The notes beneath the pieces were generated by a model. That model made no database searches, was not told the origin of the DNA, and saw only the letters and a list, made by a program, of their open reading frames with translations. From Octopus bimaculoides (lineage: Eukaryota): a stretch of DNA of 64,000 nt. The stretch is taken from the NCBI RefSeq assembly GCF_001194135.2, contig NC_068981.1, positions 16,007,528-16,071,527 on the forward strand, given 5' to 3'. Shown here one piece after another: positions 38,825-54,101 of this stretch (positions are counted from its first letter, which is position 1; every line of letters begins with the position of its first letter). Both the position numbers and the translations under genes were made by a program.

Positions 38825-39850
38825 ATCTCTATCTATTTGTGGTGACTTCAGTGAAACCATGATTTCCGAGAGGCTATCACCTACATACTTTCTCGCTGAC
38901 TACATCAGTCAGCACGAATCTAGAAGAGATATTTTGCTGATGTGATAAGTCCTGCTATGGTAATGCCTTGATATTATTTGGCTGTTTATACAACGAGAAA
39001 TACCATGAGCTGAATGTCTTAGGGTGACTACTAGCTTCCGTGACAATATTTCGATTATTTATTAATGTTAGTGGAAGCGTAGTATGGCTCGTGAGTGCAA
39101 ATCTGTTCAGCCATTTTGAAATTGCCAGATATCTGTTACATGTATACATCGGTGCATTTATGCGAACGTAATCCGTAGCAGTTCATCCTGATCCTATCAT
39201 AATATCTGTTAGGCTGACTGATATTTATAGTGCAATTTCTTCAAATAGATTGGTGACGTCTACAGTCATTGCAGATACAACAAAAGGAATATGGTTCAGA
39301 GCGCTGGTAACCAGAACATTTTCCCTGGATGTGAAGCTTTCGGATATCAGATTAGTGAATTAGTTAAATCGCAGTTCACAGATGGCGTTTTCTCTAACAA
39401 TTGATGCGTATAATTAAATAATGCAAATTGGAATAGAATCTGTTAGTTTCAGCAAAGTTATAGAAAGCAGCATAGATATATTTGTAAGTTGCTTATTCAT
39501 GTTTTTATGTATCAAATGATGCCAGTGTAGGACGGATTTTGTCGTTATCCAGCAAAGAAGAACGAGTAGTCTTCTTCTACATGCTATTTATGATGAAGGT
39601 AGTTAGTATTGGATAAGATTTGAAGACACAATTGTCCCTTGGTCCAAGATTCATAAGGTGGAACGTGAGAGAATTATGTAAGGTTCTGCCATTAAATATA
39701 ATAGCACATTGTTAACGGTGGCAGAAACAGGGTGCATAAATTCTCTTACTCTAAGAAATGAGAGTAGGCACTTGCCTTTATATTAGTCAAAAGTGTGTGG
39801 TTGTGACCTGAACAACGTTACGAGTTTGTTTTTCCCTATTTGTAGGATCC
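38825..39850 (+). mobile_element. Very old APE-type (CR1/L2/Jockey-like) LINE relic
   Basis: SICGDFS...YISQHESRRDILL (endonuclease GDFN and QHV...R...ILDL-like), then ~800 bp later SLGP...VRELCKVL and DLNN(Y)R (RT-proximal GPD and NYRP-like). Order is plausible but every match is weak. Confidence 0.3.
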
Positions 39851-40429
39851 TTTCGCTTTAGTGTTTTATGTTATAATTGCTGTTCATTATTTTCTAATTA
39901 TCAAAGTTTTTTGGCTTTGTCGATCTTACCTTTTTACCTGATGCAATTAACCTACTGTCTCTTGATCCATGTTTACTTTCGTTTTCCGAATTTCTACTTT
40001 CCCCAGTGTCATGGATCCATGTGGCTAAAATAGAAACTATTATTATTGAACTCAGAGATTCGTTAGCGCGTCGGACAAAATTCCACGCGTTTTTATTTTT
40101 TATTTTTTTATATTTTTGGTCTTTACATTCTCCTATTGAATCAGATTGAGATCAACTTTCAGGCTCGATAAATTATAGCACCAGTCAAGCACTAGAGTCG
40201 AAAGTATTGATTGACCCCCTTCCTCTCAAAGTTGTTGACCTTGTCCCAAAATTTGAAACCGCTGTTGTTTTTGTTGTTGTCAGTACTGTAATTATTATCA
40301 TTATCTTTGAAATGCAGAAATGACATGATTGATGTCTATAATTTACTCGGAAATGAAGCAAATAGTTTGTATAAGAGAGGAATGAAAAGTGAAGCAGAAT
40401 TATAACTAATAACAATGATAGATAGATAG

Positions 40430-40549
40430 AAAGAAGAAGAAGAAGAAGAAGAAGAAGAAGAAGAAGAAGAAGAAGAAGAAGAAGAAGAAGAAGAAGAAGA
40501 AGAAGAAGAAGAAGAAGAAGAAGAAGAAGAAGAAGAAGAAGAAGAAGAA
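40430..40549. repeat. (AAG)n microsatellite
   Basis: Directly visible. Confidence 0.95.
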
Positions 40550-43019
40550 AACGCATGCTGCGAGCAATAAAGGGAAGGAATGAAAGGTGTAATGATACAT
40601 CTGTTTCAACGTCTTTTAAATAATCTCAATTAAACTAAAGTAAGCTGTTGTTGCAGCAAAAATATTTTGTGTCATATACACGTTTGGCTACCCTCATTAA
40701 TATTTCTTGTAACAGCTTAGCTATTCTGAACTATACTTGTGAAGTTGCTTAGATGCTAAGGGAAAATTTTGAGACCTATAACCTCTTATGTTAAATTAAA
40801 ATCATCTTGATAATAATGAAATTTGTTAATAATTATATTTGTAATTCGTACTCCAGGAATGATAAGTAAGGACATCGATAGCATTCATATAAGCATAGCC
40901 ATTGGCATGTTCCATAAACTGCAATAACAGTGTTTGGAAAATACTGTGTTCTCACACAGCATTTGTTAATTGCATATATGTTTATTTTGGTTTTCCAAGA
41001 CGTTCATGTTTTGGAACCATGAAGCCAATCTTGATACGTAAAGACTATATAAACAATGAATAAGCAATAGTCTCTGCCTTCAGCAATAAACTGACAACCT
41101 CCCTTTTAAATAATATTGAATACTTTCTGTTGACAGATAATTGGTGACAATAAAGATGTAAGTAGGATTTAAAAACGCTATTAGTAACATCCTGGAAACA
41201 CTTGAAAAATATAAAAATTAAAGAAAAATAGCTAGGTATGGTGTAGAATCATGCAACGATATTAAAGACTGAATAGTAATGCTTCTAAACCTTAAAATCT
41301 GTGAATATTTCCTAACAAATTTCAGGACTGATAAGGATTTTGTACAGATAAGGTTCACAATTATCGGTAGTTGTTACTTAATATAACATTCAAATAATTA
41401 TCATTAATTTCCAAGATCTTTTCAATGCTTTAACCGTGACTTAATTTATTTTACTACACAGTCAACTAATGTTGTCTTTCTTTAAGTATCTACATATTGC
41501 GAACTCCTCCCCTATAATATTGTGTAATAGGTTGATTTAGCTTGCAAAAACATATTAATGTAGTTTAATATAGTTATTTTAAAGAAATGGAATGATCTAA
41601 GACACTGATAATATTCTTTGAATAAGATAGTAATACGTATCAGAAATACGTGAAAGACTGCAAGACAAATATTTTTTGTGCTTGAATCGACTACTTGAAG
41701 CCTTTGCTTCGATACTACATTAACATGAAGACACTTAGTGAACGTCTTACAACAAAAATGATGTCAGTTCTATCCACGAATGGAATATGTAATGGGATAT
41801 GTCAAAGCGATGCTTCTCTTTTTTCATTTTGTTTTTATTCAAGTGAACTTTGATTTAGTCATTAAAATTTCAAATTTAAGAAAGAAATTAGTTGACACAC
41901 CTACCTCTTCTTTTCAAGGATGACCTAAATATATTACATGCATGCTCTTCTGAGTCTTTCACTTTAGTATATCCTTAGTGTCACAACATTGTTGGGTAAC
42001 TAATTTAAAATGCACTGGCATATGAAACTAAGCAGGCGGTAACAATGGCACGATGTCAATTTGCATTTCGGCGTAAGAAAAGCAAATCTGGGTCAATGGT
42101 AAAATTGGATTTTTTTAGATTTATGTATAGTGATATATTTAAGGACGCAGCGTAAATGAGAATGGGATCTAAAAAATTTGAAAACCTTAACATTTATAAA
42201 AGTGCATTTAAATATCAAGAAACAGAAATAACACTAACATTACAGCAATTAAAATATGACTCTCCAGAAATTATTTAGAAAATGACAGAGACACCACATA
42301 CCACAAATCTTGGAATCTTAGAGAAACAACACTTAAACAATGACTCTAATATGTCACTACCATACAAACCACAGATACAAAGTTTTACAGGAAATCCTTA
42401 ATTGTAAAAGAACTGTTTAAATACGCATTATAATACTTCTTCACTGTGCTTTAATTTATAAAATTAACCTGTTTCATAGATTTGTTAAGTTATATCAATT
42501 ATAGCGCTGCCACAGACATGAGTAAATAGATGATACATTTACCTCCTTATGAACAGTAGCCATCATTATAATATTGAAAGGAATAGAAGAAACTGAAATT
42601 ATTGCCTAATGGACAATCACTCTTAAATACCTTCAGGTATGGGCTCTTACTATATCGCTGATAGTTCTTTCATAGACACGAAGAATTGAAACAAATACAT
42701 TTTCATAGCGGTATAACTCAAGATATAGACTGCCATAGCTAAATTCCACCACCCTAGGTACAATAATAATAAAACTAAAGAAAATAATCATTTCTTACTT
42801 TGACACGAGGATATGTTTCGCGGGTGTATTTCTCGCCCCAGGAACTGACTGCTACATATTTCATCTACCCCACTGGAGAGAAAGGCACAGCTGACAGAAA
42901 CAAGATTTTATGTCATAAATTAAAGGTCATAGTAAAATACTACATGTAATATTTTCTAGTGTTGAAACGAGTATCACGATTGTCAAAGACGCCAACCGTT
43001 TAACGAATAAACAAATAAA

Positions 43020-43031
43020 TAAATAATAATA

Positions 43032-43085
<54 letters not shown>

Positions 43086-43109
43086 GGGGGGGTGATGAGG
43101 ATGATGAGG

Positions 43110-43203
<94 letters not shown>
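43020..43203. repeat. Compound (ATG)n/(AAT)n microsatellite
   Basis: Directly visible. Confidence 0.95.
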
Positions 43204-43205
<2 letters not shown>

Positions 43206-45478
43206 TTACTTCGTTTCACCAAGAGGGCGATAGATGGAGGATATTTTAGGAACAGTTACAAAAGTTGGTGGGGGTTCAATAAAACAAAACAGGATATGAA
43301 GAGTTCATGGATGCAAAAATTAAAACCATAAAGTTATGTGAAGAGTCATCATAGCATTCAAAGAAATCTACAGATCTTAGATTATATTTACTATTAAGGT
43401 GAAGTGCTGTCTTTCAGCGTTCTCTTTTTCCGTAACGAAATCGACATTTTACGTATAGAAATAAACATCGATATGTATATGCATATCGTTGGTACATTTT
43501 AACACAATATTGACTGATTTTAAATATTAACTAAACCTAGTTTCCAAGTAACTTCAGGTTTTTGTATTTATTTATTCGCTTTTAATTATTGCATTGACTT
43601 CAAGTTTCAAATTATCAAATGTTACCATAAAGAAGTTAATAATGAAGTGATTATGAATGTTATTATAGTTGGGAAATTGACAAATTTGATGAAAAATTTG
43701 AAAGCAAACCTTGGAAATCTAGACCTTCAAATGGAAGTGGGTGTAGTGTAGGAAATGTCTTTACTTGTTTATGCAAAACCTTTCCAGAATCTCTTCCTCC
43801 ATACAATGCAAGAACAGGTATGATCAAAAGGAAATTACCACTTAAAAAAAAAAAGTATTAAAAAATGCTACTAATCCTAAATCATGAGATGTGGTTTGAT
43901 TGATAGCATAATAAAAATCGATTACAACCTCAACAGCATGTAACAGCAGAATAATGATGATGAAGAAGAAGAAGAAGAAGAAGAAGAAGAAGAAGAAGAA
44001 GAAGAAGAAGAAGGTGGAGGAGGAGGAGGAGGAGGAGGNNNNNNNNNNNNNNNNNNNNNNNNNNNNNNNNNNNNNNNNNNNNNNNNNNNNNNNNNNNNNN
44101 NNNNNNNNNNNNNNNNNNAGCAGGAAGAGGAGCAGGAGCAAGAAGAGGAGCAGGAGCAGGGAGAGGAGAAGGAGGACGAGGAGCAGGAGCAGGAGCAGGA
44201 GGAAACAAAAATTCATAGGCATGATATCACGAAAACTATATTTTAAAGAATACAGAAGATAAACCCAATGAGCACTGCGCATATTTTACAAAGGAGTCTA
44301 CCACCTGGAGTTTCATATCACTTTTATTCTGCACGCGCATGAACACGTGTTTTTTAAAAATAATTTATCCAACCTCAGGGCTTCTCGACATCGTATTATC
44401 ATCAGTCCTATTAAGAAAATAATATCCGGAAATTTGGAAGGTCCAAAATATTTATATGTCACTCGTGTAATATATATTCTGACACAATGCAAAATATCTT
44501 GTGCGGATATACTACACGTGAATCATGGAAAATATTCTTACGGTCAGATAACGCAGCAAAACTTTTGTATGTACAGTAACCTACCTGAATTCAGCACTTA
44601 CCAGTAAACAAGGTGTGGCACTCATATGAAGCACTATATCATTACGAAATTGATGATGCTAAAAGAGTATGGTACTTTAGCATACAGACAGGTCATAAGG
44701 GAACACATGTACCATAATTAGTTTGCGTAAAAAAAAATGTAGAAAATTAGTTAAATATCGGTAAAGCAATATCAAATAAGCCTATAGTAGGATATAGCTG
44801 TCACAGAATTCTGTTATGTGATGAAACTATGTAAGGTGTTTGGGGAAGAATATGATAATTGTGTATACTATTTAATTATTTTGATATATATTTGGAATGT
44901 TGTGCTGAAGCGAGTTGAGAGGCTGCGGGGAAACGGTGTCATAGATGTTGGATTAAAAACATTACGGCATGGAACGGTTGTGACCATAATTGCATCATTA
45001 GTTGATGTAAATATAATTATAAACAAACAATCTTTGAAAACCATTGACATATTTCATATGAGAACTGATATATACACTTTCCAGTAAACACAAATACTAT
45101 TGTCGGTAAGTATTGTTTGATAATGTGGATTCGTTGAGTTTAATCATTCTTATGAATGGTTATTCAGGTATTTCTTTTTTTTTTTTTTTTTTTTTTTTGA
45201 AAGAAATGAGACTATTTATATAGTGCTAATTGCAGGAATACTAAATATAATAACGATAATATATTACTAACAACAACAACAATAATATTCATAATAACAA
45301 TAGGGATAACGATAATGAGCATGATAGTAATTTACAGTAGACAAAATAATTTCATCAAAGCATTGTTTAATATGCGAGAAACAGGACATCAGAATTAATA
45401 TTCGTACGTCCGACTGGCATAAAAATGTATTTAGTGATGGGCGTGATAGTTGTAGTAATAGTAGTTGTTTTTGTGGAG

Positions 45479-45555
<77 letters not shown>

Positions 45556-45843
45556 TATTTCAAGAACAAAAAGCTGCTGTGGTGGTCTTAGTAGAAGTAT
45601 TTTTGTGGTAGGAACATCAAGAAAAAGCTTACCCAATGAGCATAGGTATGGAGAGAATTGCTATTTGTGCTTTATCTTTCGAATGAAAAAGAAACTGCAG
45701 TCGGTAAGTTAAAATTACATAATGTATGGATGCGAAAACGATAATAGGGAAAGAGTTACAGGAGCATGTTCGATTTCATCGACCACATGTTAGAAGTTAT
45801 TTTATCCTGATCTGTTGGTTCCCTTAACAAATATTCTAAGTGA

Positions 45844-45844
<1 letters not shown>

Positions 45845-45899
<55 letters not shown>

Positions 45900-45927
45900 T
45901 AATAAAAGTAATAATAATAATAATAAT

Positions 45928-45981
<54 letters not shown>

Positions 45982-46002
45982 TAATAATAATAAAAAATAA
46001 TA

Positions 46003-46034
<32 letters not shown>

Positions 46035-46054
46035 TAACAATAAAAATATTAAAA

Positions 46055-46093
<39 letters not shown>

Positions 46094-46105
46094 TAATAAT
46101 AATAA
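45845..46105. repeat. Long imperfect (AAT)n tract
   Basis: Directly visible. Confidence 0.95.
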
Positions 46106-46106
46106 A

Positions 46107-46190
46107 ATGCCTTGATGCAGCACCAGGTAGTGGCTTTCGTGGCACCTGATCTTAAGAGATTGGAAGTGCTATCATGTACATTGCTTTGTC
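46107..46190 (+). mobile_element. Terminal fragment of the ~550-bp element
   Basis: ATGCCTTGATGCAGCACCAGGTAGTGGC...GATCTTAAGAGATTGGAAGTGCTATCATGTACATTG matches the reverse complement of the right ends of the 26293, 31975 and 32614 copies; follows (AAT)n. Confidence 0.75.
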
Positions 46191-46369
46191 AATAAATTTT
46201 TTTTTGCCACAGGAGCATGAAATATAATTAAAATAAAAATAATAATTTAGTTATTAACTGGCTACAATGGCTACACAGATATTAAAAAAATATATATATT
46301 ATAAGAAAGAGAGAGACAGGGACTCAGATGTCGTGGAAGAGATAAAAGCGATTATTTGGGCTGCAGTAA

Positions 46370-46510
46370 TTGATGCGTAATCCTGTTACCGACCTCGAAA
46401 GCAAAGAGAGCAAAATTAACCCCGGCGAGATTTCCGCTCAGACCGTAAAATGACGTAATTAACTAATGCAAAGCATGTTCTCCAACCTTCTACTTATTTT
46501 ACCAGATGAT
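46370..46510 (-). mobile_element. Degraded tRNA-derived SINE
   Basis: CGACCTCGAAAG...AAAATTAACCCCGGCGAGATTTCCGCTCAGACCGTAAA parallels the family reverse complement (CGACCCCGAAAG...AAAGTCGACCTCGGCGGAATTTGAACTCAGAACGTAAA). Confidence 0.45.
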
Positions 46511-47761
46511 AATGAAAAAAATCTAAACAGCAATCCTTAAAAGACCTCGCTACATCATCAATTGCTATGAGCTTTGTGTAAAAAAATAAGAAGAGAAAAT
46601 ACCAACCAGAAGCAAATTAGCGATTCCAGAATGTTCTTGCATCCGGCCATTCACAACTGCCATACATTTCTCTGCTGCTACTTACCTTTAACATTTCGGC
46701 TGCCACTGGAGATCCCGTAGATGCAATATTTCGTAGGATATATATTCACATACACATGACATACATGTATGTGCATGGTTATGTATACATGCATATATAT
46801 ATATATTGTATATATATATATANNNNNNNNNNNNNNNNNNNNNNNNNNNNNNNNNNNNNNNNNNNNNNNNNNNNNNNNNNNNNNNNNNNNNNNNNNNNNN
46901 NNNNNNNNNNNNNNNNNNNNNNNNNNNNNNNNNNNNNNNNNNNNNNNNNNNNNNNNNNNNNNNNNNNNNNNNNNNNNNNNNNNNNNNNNNNNNNNNNNNN
47001 NNNNNNNNNNNNNNNNNNNNNNNNNNNNNNNNNNNNNNNNNNNNNNNNNNNNNNNNNNNNNNNNNNNNNNNNNNNNNNNNNNNNNNNNNNNNNNNNNNNN
47101 NNNNNNNNNNNNNNNNNNNNNNNNNNNNNNNNNNNNNNNNNNNNNNNNNNNNNNNNNNNNNNNNNNNNNNNNNNNNNNNNNNNNNNNNNNNNNNNNNNNN
47201 NNNNNNNNNNNNNNNNNNNNNNNNNNNNNNNNNNNNNNNNNNNNNNNNNNNNNNNNNNNNNNNNNNNNNNNNNNNNNNNNNNNNNNNNNNNNNNNNNNNN
47301 NNNNNNNNNNNNNNNNNNNNNNNNNNNNNNNNNNNNNNNNNNNNNNNNNNNNNNNNNNNNNNNNNNNNNNNNNNNNNNNNNNNNNNNNNNNNNNNNNNNN
47401 NNNNNNNNNNNNNNNNNNNNNNNNNNNNNNNNNNNNNNNNNNNNNNNNNNNNNNNNNNNNNNNNNNNNNNNNNNNNNNNNNNNNNNNNNNNNNNNNNNNN
47501 NNNNNNNNNNNNNNNNNNNNNNNNNNNNNNNNNNNNNNNNNNNNNNNNNNNNNNNNNNNNNNNNTATAAAACGATATCTGCATGTGAAGTTGCACCTTCT
47601 CAGTTATAAAATTTAATTATTAGTGACATTTGACACGTGTGATTATTCATAGTTATTTCACTGGTAATATATGAAAAAAATCATTAAAAACGAAATAAGG
47701 GAAAATAAAGAAATTCTACAAATAATAATAATGATAAAATGATAATAATATAAATTATAAC

Positions 47762-47820
<59 letters not shown>

Positions 47821-48291
47821 ATTAAATTTAAAATAAACAGAAGCCGGTAAAATATATGTCCCTGGTTTTTGGTTATCTAGAGAGTGACTAATGACAGTTG
47901 ATGAGAATAGCCATATTGTATAAACATTCTTAAATGTTTGGAAAAGAGGCAAGAATACACGAAACACTTGTATTGTGAAGAACCTTTTTTATTATTTCAG
48001 GAAAACGTGAATACAAATTGATATGATTTCAATTGGATTTGATGTATATAGATGTATATATGCATATGCATTGATATATATGTAAGTATGTATATATGTA
48101 AGTATATAGATATAGCTGTATAAGTGTATACATATATGTATAACTTAAAACTACCATTATATTTTATACCCCTACATACATTTATATAAGTATGTGTGTA
48201 ATCATACACGTATATATCTTTGCATATTTGTATAATTATATAGACGTAACGGGTGGATATTTATATACATTTATATATATATACTATATGG

Positions 48292-48344
<53 letters not shown>

Positions 48345-50734
48345 TATGCATATATNNNNNNNNNNNNNNNNNNNNNNNNNNNNNNNNNNNNNNNNNNNNN
48401 NNNNNNNNNNNNNNNNNNNNNNNNNNNNNNNNNNNNNNNNNNNNNNNNNNNNNNNNNNNNNNNNNNNNNNNNNNNNNNNNNNNNNNNNNNNNNNNNNNNN
48501 NNNNNNNNNNNNNNNNNNNNNNNNNNNNNNNNNNNNNNNNNNNNNNNNNNNNNNNNNNNNNNNNNNNNTATATATATACATATATACATATATATTAACA
48601 TGTATGTATATATATATATGTGCGTGTGTGTATGTATATATATATACATATATATAAATGTGTTTATATACATATATTAATATATATGACGTTTTATTTT
48701 TCAGATTTTGAACGTAAACTCTTACAGAATTGAAATCGAATTTTTTTTTTCATTTGTTTCTTTTTTTTATGTTGGGAAAATTGTCAACCATATTCACAGT
48801 TCTAGTCTTAATTGATAATACCATATTAAGAGTTTTCTATTTATTTTGTGTCATTTCATCACATCTATAAATTGACGAGTGGAACAACTCACTCAACACA
48901 AAATAAATCAGTGCTATCATTATGATGGCTCTATACAACAGTACAAAACATTGCATGTATTTAATACCTCAACATATTCAACCCCGTGTACCTTGTAGTT
49001 GTTATTACGTAGATGTAATGGAATTTGGATTTACTAAACATCATTCATAAAGCTATTTATATATGTCTTTCGAAAACTGTATCAAAACTGTAATTACTTG
49101 TGCATGATTATATTCAAAAGACCACAGATTTAGAGAAGGAGCAACACACAGAAAATGACAGAGAAAGAGAGAGAACATTACAGAAAAATTGGAGTGAATG
49201 AGGCCGGTCCTGTTGGGTATATTTATTAGGATAATCTAATATTTAACAGATTAAATTTTCAAACTATATAGCGAAGTGAAAAATCACATTTTCACACATG
49301 GCTTTGCAATGGAATATATGAATATATATATATATATACATATATATANNNNNNNNNNNNNNNNNNNNNNNNNNNNNNNNNNNNNNNNNNNNNNNNNNNN
49401 NNNNNNNNNNNNNNNNNNNNNNNNNNNNNNNNNNNNNNNNNNNNNNNNNNNNNNNNNNNNNNNNNNNNNNNNNNNNNNNNNNNNNNNNNNNNNNNNNNNN
49501 NNNNNNNNNNNNNNNNNNNNNNNNNNNNNNNNNNNNNNNNNNNNNNNNNNNNNNNNNNNNNNNNNNNNNNNNNNNNNNNNNNNNNNNNNNNNNNNNNNNN
49601 NNNNNNNNNNNNNNNNNNNNNNNNNNNNNNNNNNNNNNNNNNNNNNNNNNNNNNNNNNNNNNNNNNNNNNNNNNNNNNNNNNNNNNNNNNNNNNNNNNNN
49701 NNNNNNNNNNNNNNNNNNNNNNNNNNNNNNNNNNNNNNNNNNNNNNNNNNNNNNNNNNNNNNNNNNNNNNNNNNNNNNNNNNNNNNNNNNNNNNNNNNNN
49801 NNNNNNNNNNNNNNNNNNNNNNNNATATATTAAGGAACATGATATTTTTAAAAATCGAAAAATATATCATTTTCAAAATTTGAGAATGACTACACGTTAC
49901 GTTTTCTATATGATTGCTTATTGAATTATGTGTTGAAATATATGCTTATTTTGCTCATGTCACTATTTTCATGGGATTATTTGATTAACAAATGGATACG
50001 AATGTTCATTTAATATATGCTTATATATATGAATAAGTGCGTCATTTTGTGAATGTGTGCGTGTGTATGTGAATGTATGTGTGTGTGTATGCGTGTGTGG
50101 GGGGGGTCTGTGTGTATGTGAGTGTGTTTTGGATAAAAAAACTATTTCTTTTTTTTCTAACACTGGGATTATTGTAGGTTGCAAATATACCACAAGTTGA
50201 GCAAGTTTTAAATTTCGAGTGGTATTATTGTTAAGGCTGATGTTATTTAAGTGTTCCAGTAAGATCTCTACTGCAATTATTGTATCTTAAGTGATTGCTC
50301 TTAGATGATTGTTGTCTGCATATCTCTACTTTTTTGCATGTTCATCTTGCAAATACTATTCATTTATTTAATACGTTTGTTTTTATAACTTTAAGAACTA
50401 TTGACGTATATATTAATCTAAACGAATTGCAAATTACTGACCACAGTGGTTGTTTTTCTACTATTACTCTAAATCTTTGGTGTGTGAGTATAAGTCACAT
50501 AGAGCTCAATATCTGATACTGTATGAAAGTCTAAAATCTACTCTGCAATGTCCGTACCACTTGTCACCTTGTAATTATTATATTGAATTCATTCAACTAC
50601 CTACGATTGATCAGTATCCTATATAGCCGAATAGTTTCCTTGTCTCATAAACTTAACACCTCTCAATTGGGAATGATCACAAGCATCAAGCGATACATAT
50701 AATTAAATGTGCTCTATGATATACATATATATAC

Positions 50735-50765
<31 letters not shown>

Positions 50766-51410
50766 NNNNNNNNNNNNNNNNNNNNNNNNNNNNNNNNNNN
50801 NNNNNNNNNNNNNNNNNNNNNNNNNNNNNNNNNNNNNNNNNNNNNNNNNNNNNNNNNNNNNNNNNNNNNNNNNNNNNNNNNNNNNNNNNNNNNNNNNNNN
50901 NNNNNNNNNNNNNNNNNNNNNNNNNNNNNNNNNNNNNNNNNNNNNNNNNNNNNNNNNNNNNNNNNNNNNNNNNNNNNNNNNNNNNNNNNNNNNNNNNNNN
51001 NNNNNNNNNNNNNNNNNNNNNNNNNNNNNNNNNNNNNNNNNNNNNNNNNNNNNNNNNNNNNNNNNNNNNNNNNNNNNNNNNNNNNNNNNNNNNNNNNNNN
51101 NNNNNNNNNNNNNNNNNNNNNNNNNNNNNNNNNNNNNNNNNNNNNNNNNNNNNNNNNNNNNNNNNNNNNNNNNNNNNNNNNNNNNNNNNNNNNNNNNNNN
51201 NNNNNNNNNNNNNNNNNNNNNNNNNNNNNNNNNNNNNNNNNNNNNNNNNNNNNNNNNNNNNNNNNNNNNNNNNNNNNNNNNNNNNNNNNNNNNNNNNNNN
51301 NNNNNNNNNNNNNNNNNNNNNNNNNNNNNNNNNNNNNNNNNNNNNNNNNNNNNNNNNNNNNNNNNNNNNNNNNNNNNNNNNNNNNNNNNNNNNNNNNNNN
51401 NNNNNNNNNN

Positions 51411-51453
<43 letters not shown>

Positions 51454-52022
51454 AATATATAACAATATGTTACCTAAGGGAATGTGTCTAACGTATATCG
51501 GTTATTTCGTAAGTAACATTAAAATAATAATATTAATTATGATACCTAATCATATTCTCAGTTGTAATGTGTAAAACCGGAGGTGAAATGTAGCATCAAT
51601 ATTTACAAAACGTACTGTTCTTTTTTACTGCTGATTAACTATAAAAATATTGTTATTGGGGCCTTGTTATAAGGAAATACCTTGTACTATCTATGGCAGG
51701 TTCTCCTGCAAACGCATATTATATTAACAAATGTTGTTCAGTTAATTCTGTGTGCATAACTATAGAACTGATCTAACAATGTCACAATCTTTCAAGCGGT
51801 AAATAGTATGCAAATAAATTTTCAACCATTGCTGAAGCTACGTTGAAATTAAGCTTTGCAAAAAGAAGAATAAAGATGAATCGTTTTAAAATGATTTTAC
51901 AACTAATTTAAACTAAGAAGCGGTAATGCTCATATTTAAAGTCTAAACAGAATATTCACTTTGTAAATTGTTCAAAAGTTCTAGCAATTATATATTCACG
52001 TACATACACATACACATATATT

Positions 52023-52070
<48 letters not shown>

Positions 52071-52121
52071 TGTGTGTGTGTATGTGTGTGTGTGTGTGTG
52101 CGTGCGTGTATNNNNNNNNNN

Positions 52122-52195
<74 letters not shown>

Positions 52196-53343
52196 ATGTG
52201 TATATGTGTTCGTACACGTATTTGTGGTGAGTTGGATATGTGAAAGGATAGAGTGTGAAGAGTGTGAGAGAATGCGTTACGTAGCTGAATCGATCACATG
52301 AAACTGCACTGCAGTTAAAATATGTGACAACTTAAACGTTTACAACCCACCTTAACCGATCTATTGTTTGCGTTCATACCGAGTTTATATATCCTTAACT
52401 TACAGAACTAGCAATGATATTAAGATAGTCGTACATCAACGAAATGTATAGAATATTTCTTTACAGTTCTTATTATGCACGCTTAGAACGAAGAGAACTC
52501 CGTTGTGGAGTGTTTACTATCGTTCATATACTGTAAATTTGGACTACAGGAAACGGGACACTATTCGCCTTATACTTAAATACATAAACGTATCTATATA
52601 TGTCGTGTGTTTTTTGAGTTGAAAAACACAGTATCTATTGGATGTTTTATATATTTTAACGCTTCGCAGTGTTCCGTTTTTTATGCCTGTTTGAATTTTG
52701 TATGTTTGTGTATTTGTATTTACATATATCCAACTACATATACGCTATATACATAATGATATGTATTTATTCATTTCATTTCATTCTTAACAATATATAT
52801 TGGCCATTAATGACATCAACAATATTTACATGAAAGCAGTAAAAATATATAAGTATAAAAACATGTTCCGAGTGCAAAATTAAGATGGATATGCTTTTGT
52901 ATTTCTCTGCTTTTTCTTGTTATTTTTTTTCTTTTTTCCTCAATTTAGAGTAACATAGGAAAACATATATAATATAACAACATGGCAATTTCAAATTATC
53001 ATATACATATTTAGGACAGAAGAGGAAAATGGATGGATATCAAAAATAACTTAACTGAGAACAAACTGAGAAATGCTTAGAATCAAATCAAACATTATGG
53101 TTTCCAGAGAAGGTGTGGTGCACACACGATATATATTTTTACTGAAAAAATTAATTTTGACGTTTATGGAAATTAAACGATTCCTATTAAAGTTAGATAC
53201 CATAATTACGCATACATGAAGAATTCAGCTGCTATGTGTATGAATAGATTCAATATGCAAATTTGTTTAATGTGTTAAAATGGTATAAGTATCTGGAGTA
53301 GCTATTTACGGTTTGAAGTTTCTAAATTCATATCCAATGAAAC

Positions 53344-53385
<42 letters not shown>

Positions 53386-54039
53386 GCACACATACACACA
53401 CACACATTAGTAAATAATAACAAGTAAATATATCGAATATTTCAACAAACAATCTAGACAAGGAAGAAGTCTACTTGTTCAATTAACACGACGTGACCAT
53501 TAGTTTTGTTGTAATTTAATCATATGCAGCCAAAGAATATACGTCATTTATATATATATATATATGTATATCATTATTATTATTATTATTATTATTATCA
53601 TATTATATTATGCTATACTATATTATATTATATTATATTATATTATATACACTGCTATGGATATACAGCATATATATACAGCAGTATCGATAAATGTATG
53701 TATACATGTATATTTATATTAATATTTCTGTATTTGCAATATATAGATCCTAAAATATTTGGCAAAAGTAACTGTATATCAAAATGCACAGGGTCAGTTG
53801 AATTAGCGCTCATAATTGTTACTGTCATGGAAGCTGTGTTGCTGCAGTTGGTAGTGGCGAAGGTGTAATGTTCGTGTGATAGTGCGGTAAGGTAGCTTGG
53901 TGGTTTTAATGGTAGTAGTTTTAATTTGGGAGGTTTCCAGACCTGCGCAAGTAGACATAGTTTGAATGGTCCTAAAAGATTTCCATCAAGACCAACATGT
54001 CTTTCCTTCAGTATCTGAGCATGCAGCAGCAGCAACAGC

Positions 54040-54101
<62 letters not shown>

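Noticed and set aside
39200-39360. Minus-strand MTVDVTNLF resembling the Penelope RT motif
   Set aside because: Isolated, flanked by stops, and in conflict with the weak plus-strand APE-LINE reading.
43723-43817. Possible plus-strand 95-nt exon (PSNGSGCSVG...YNART) ending CAG|GTATGA
   Set aside because: The acceptor lacks a polypyrimidine tract, the peptide is unrecognised and no partner exon was found.
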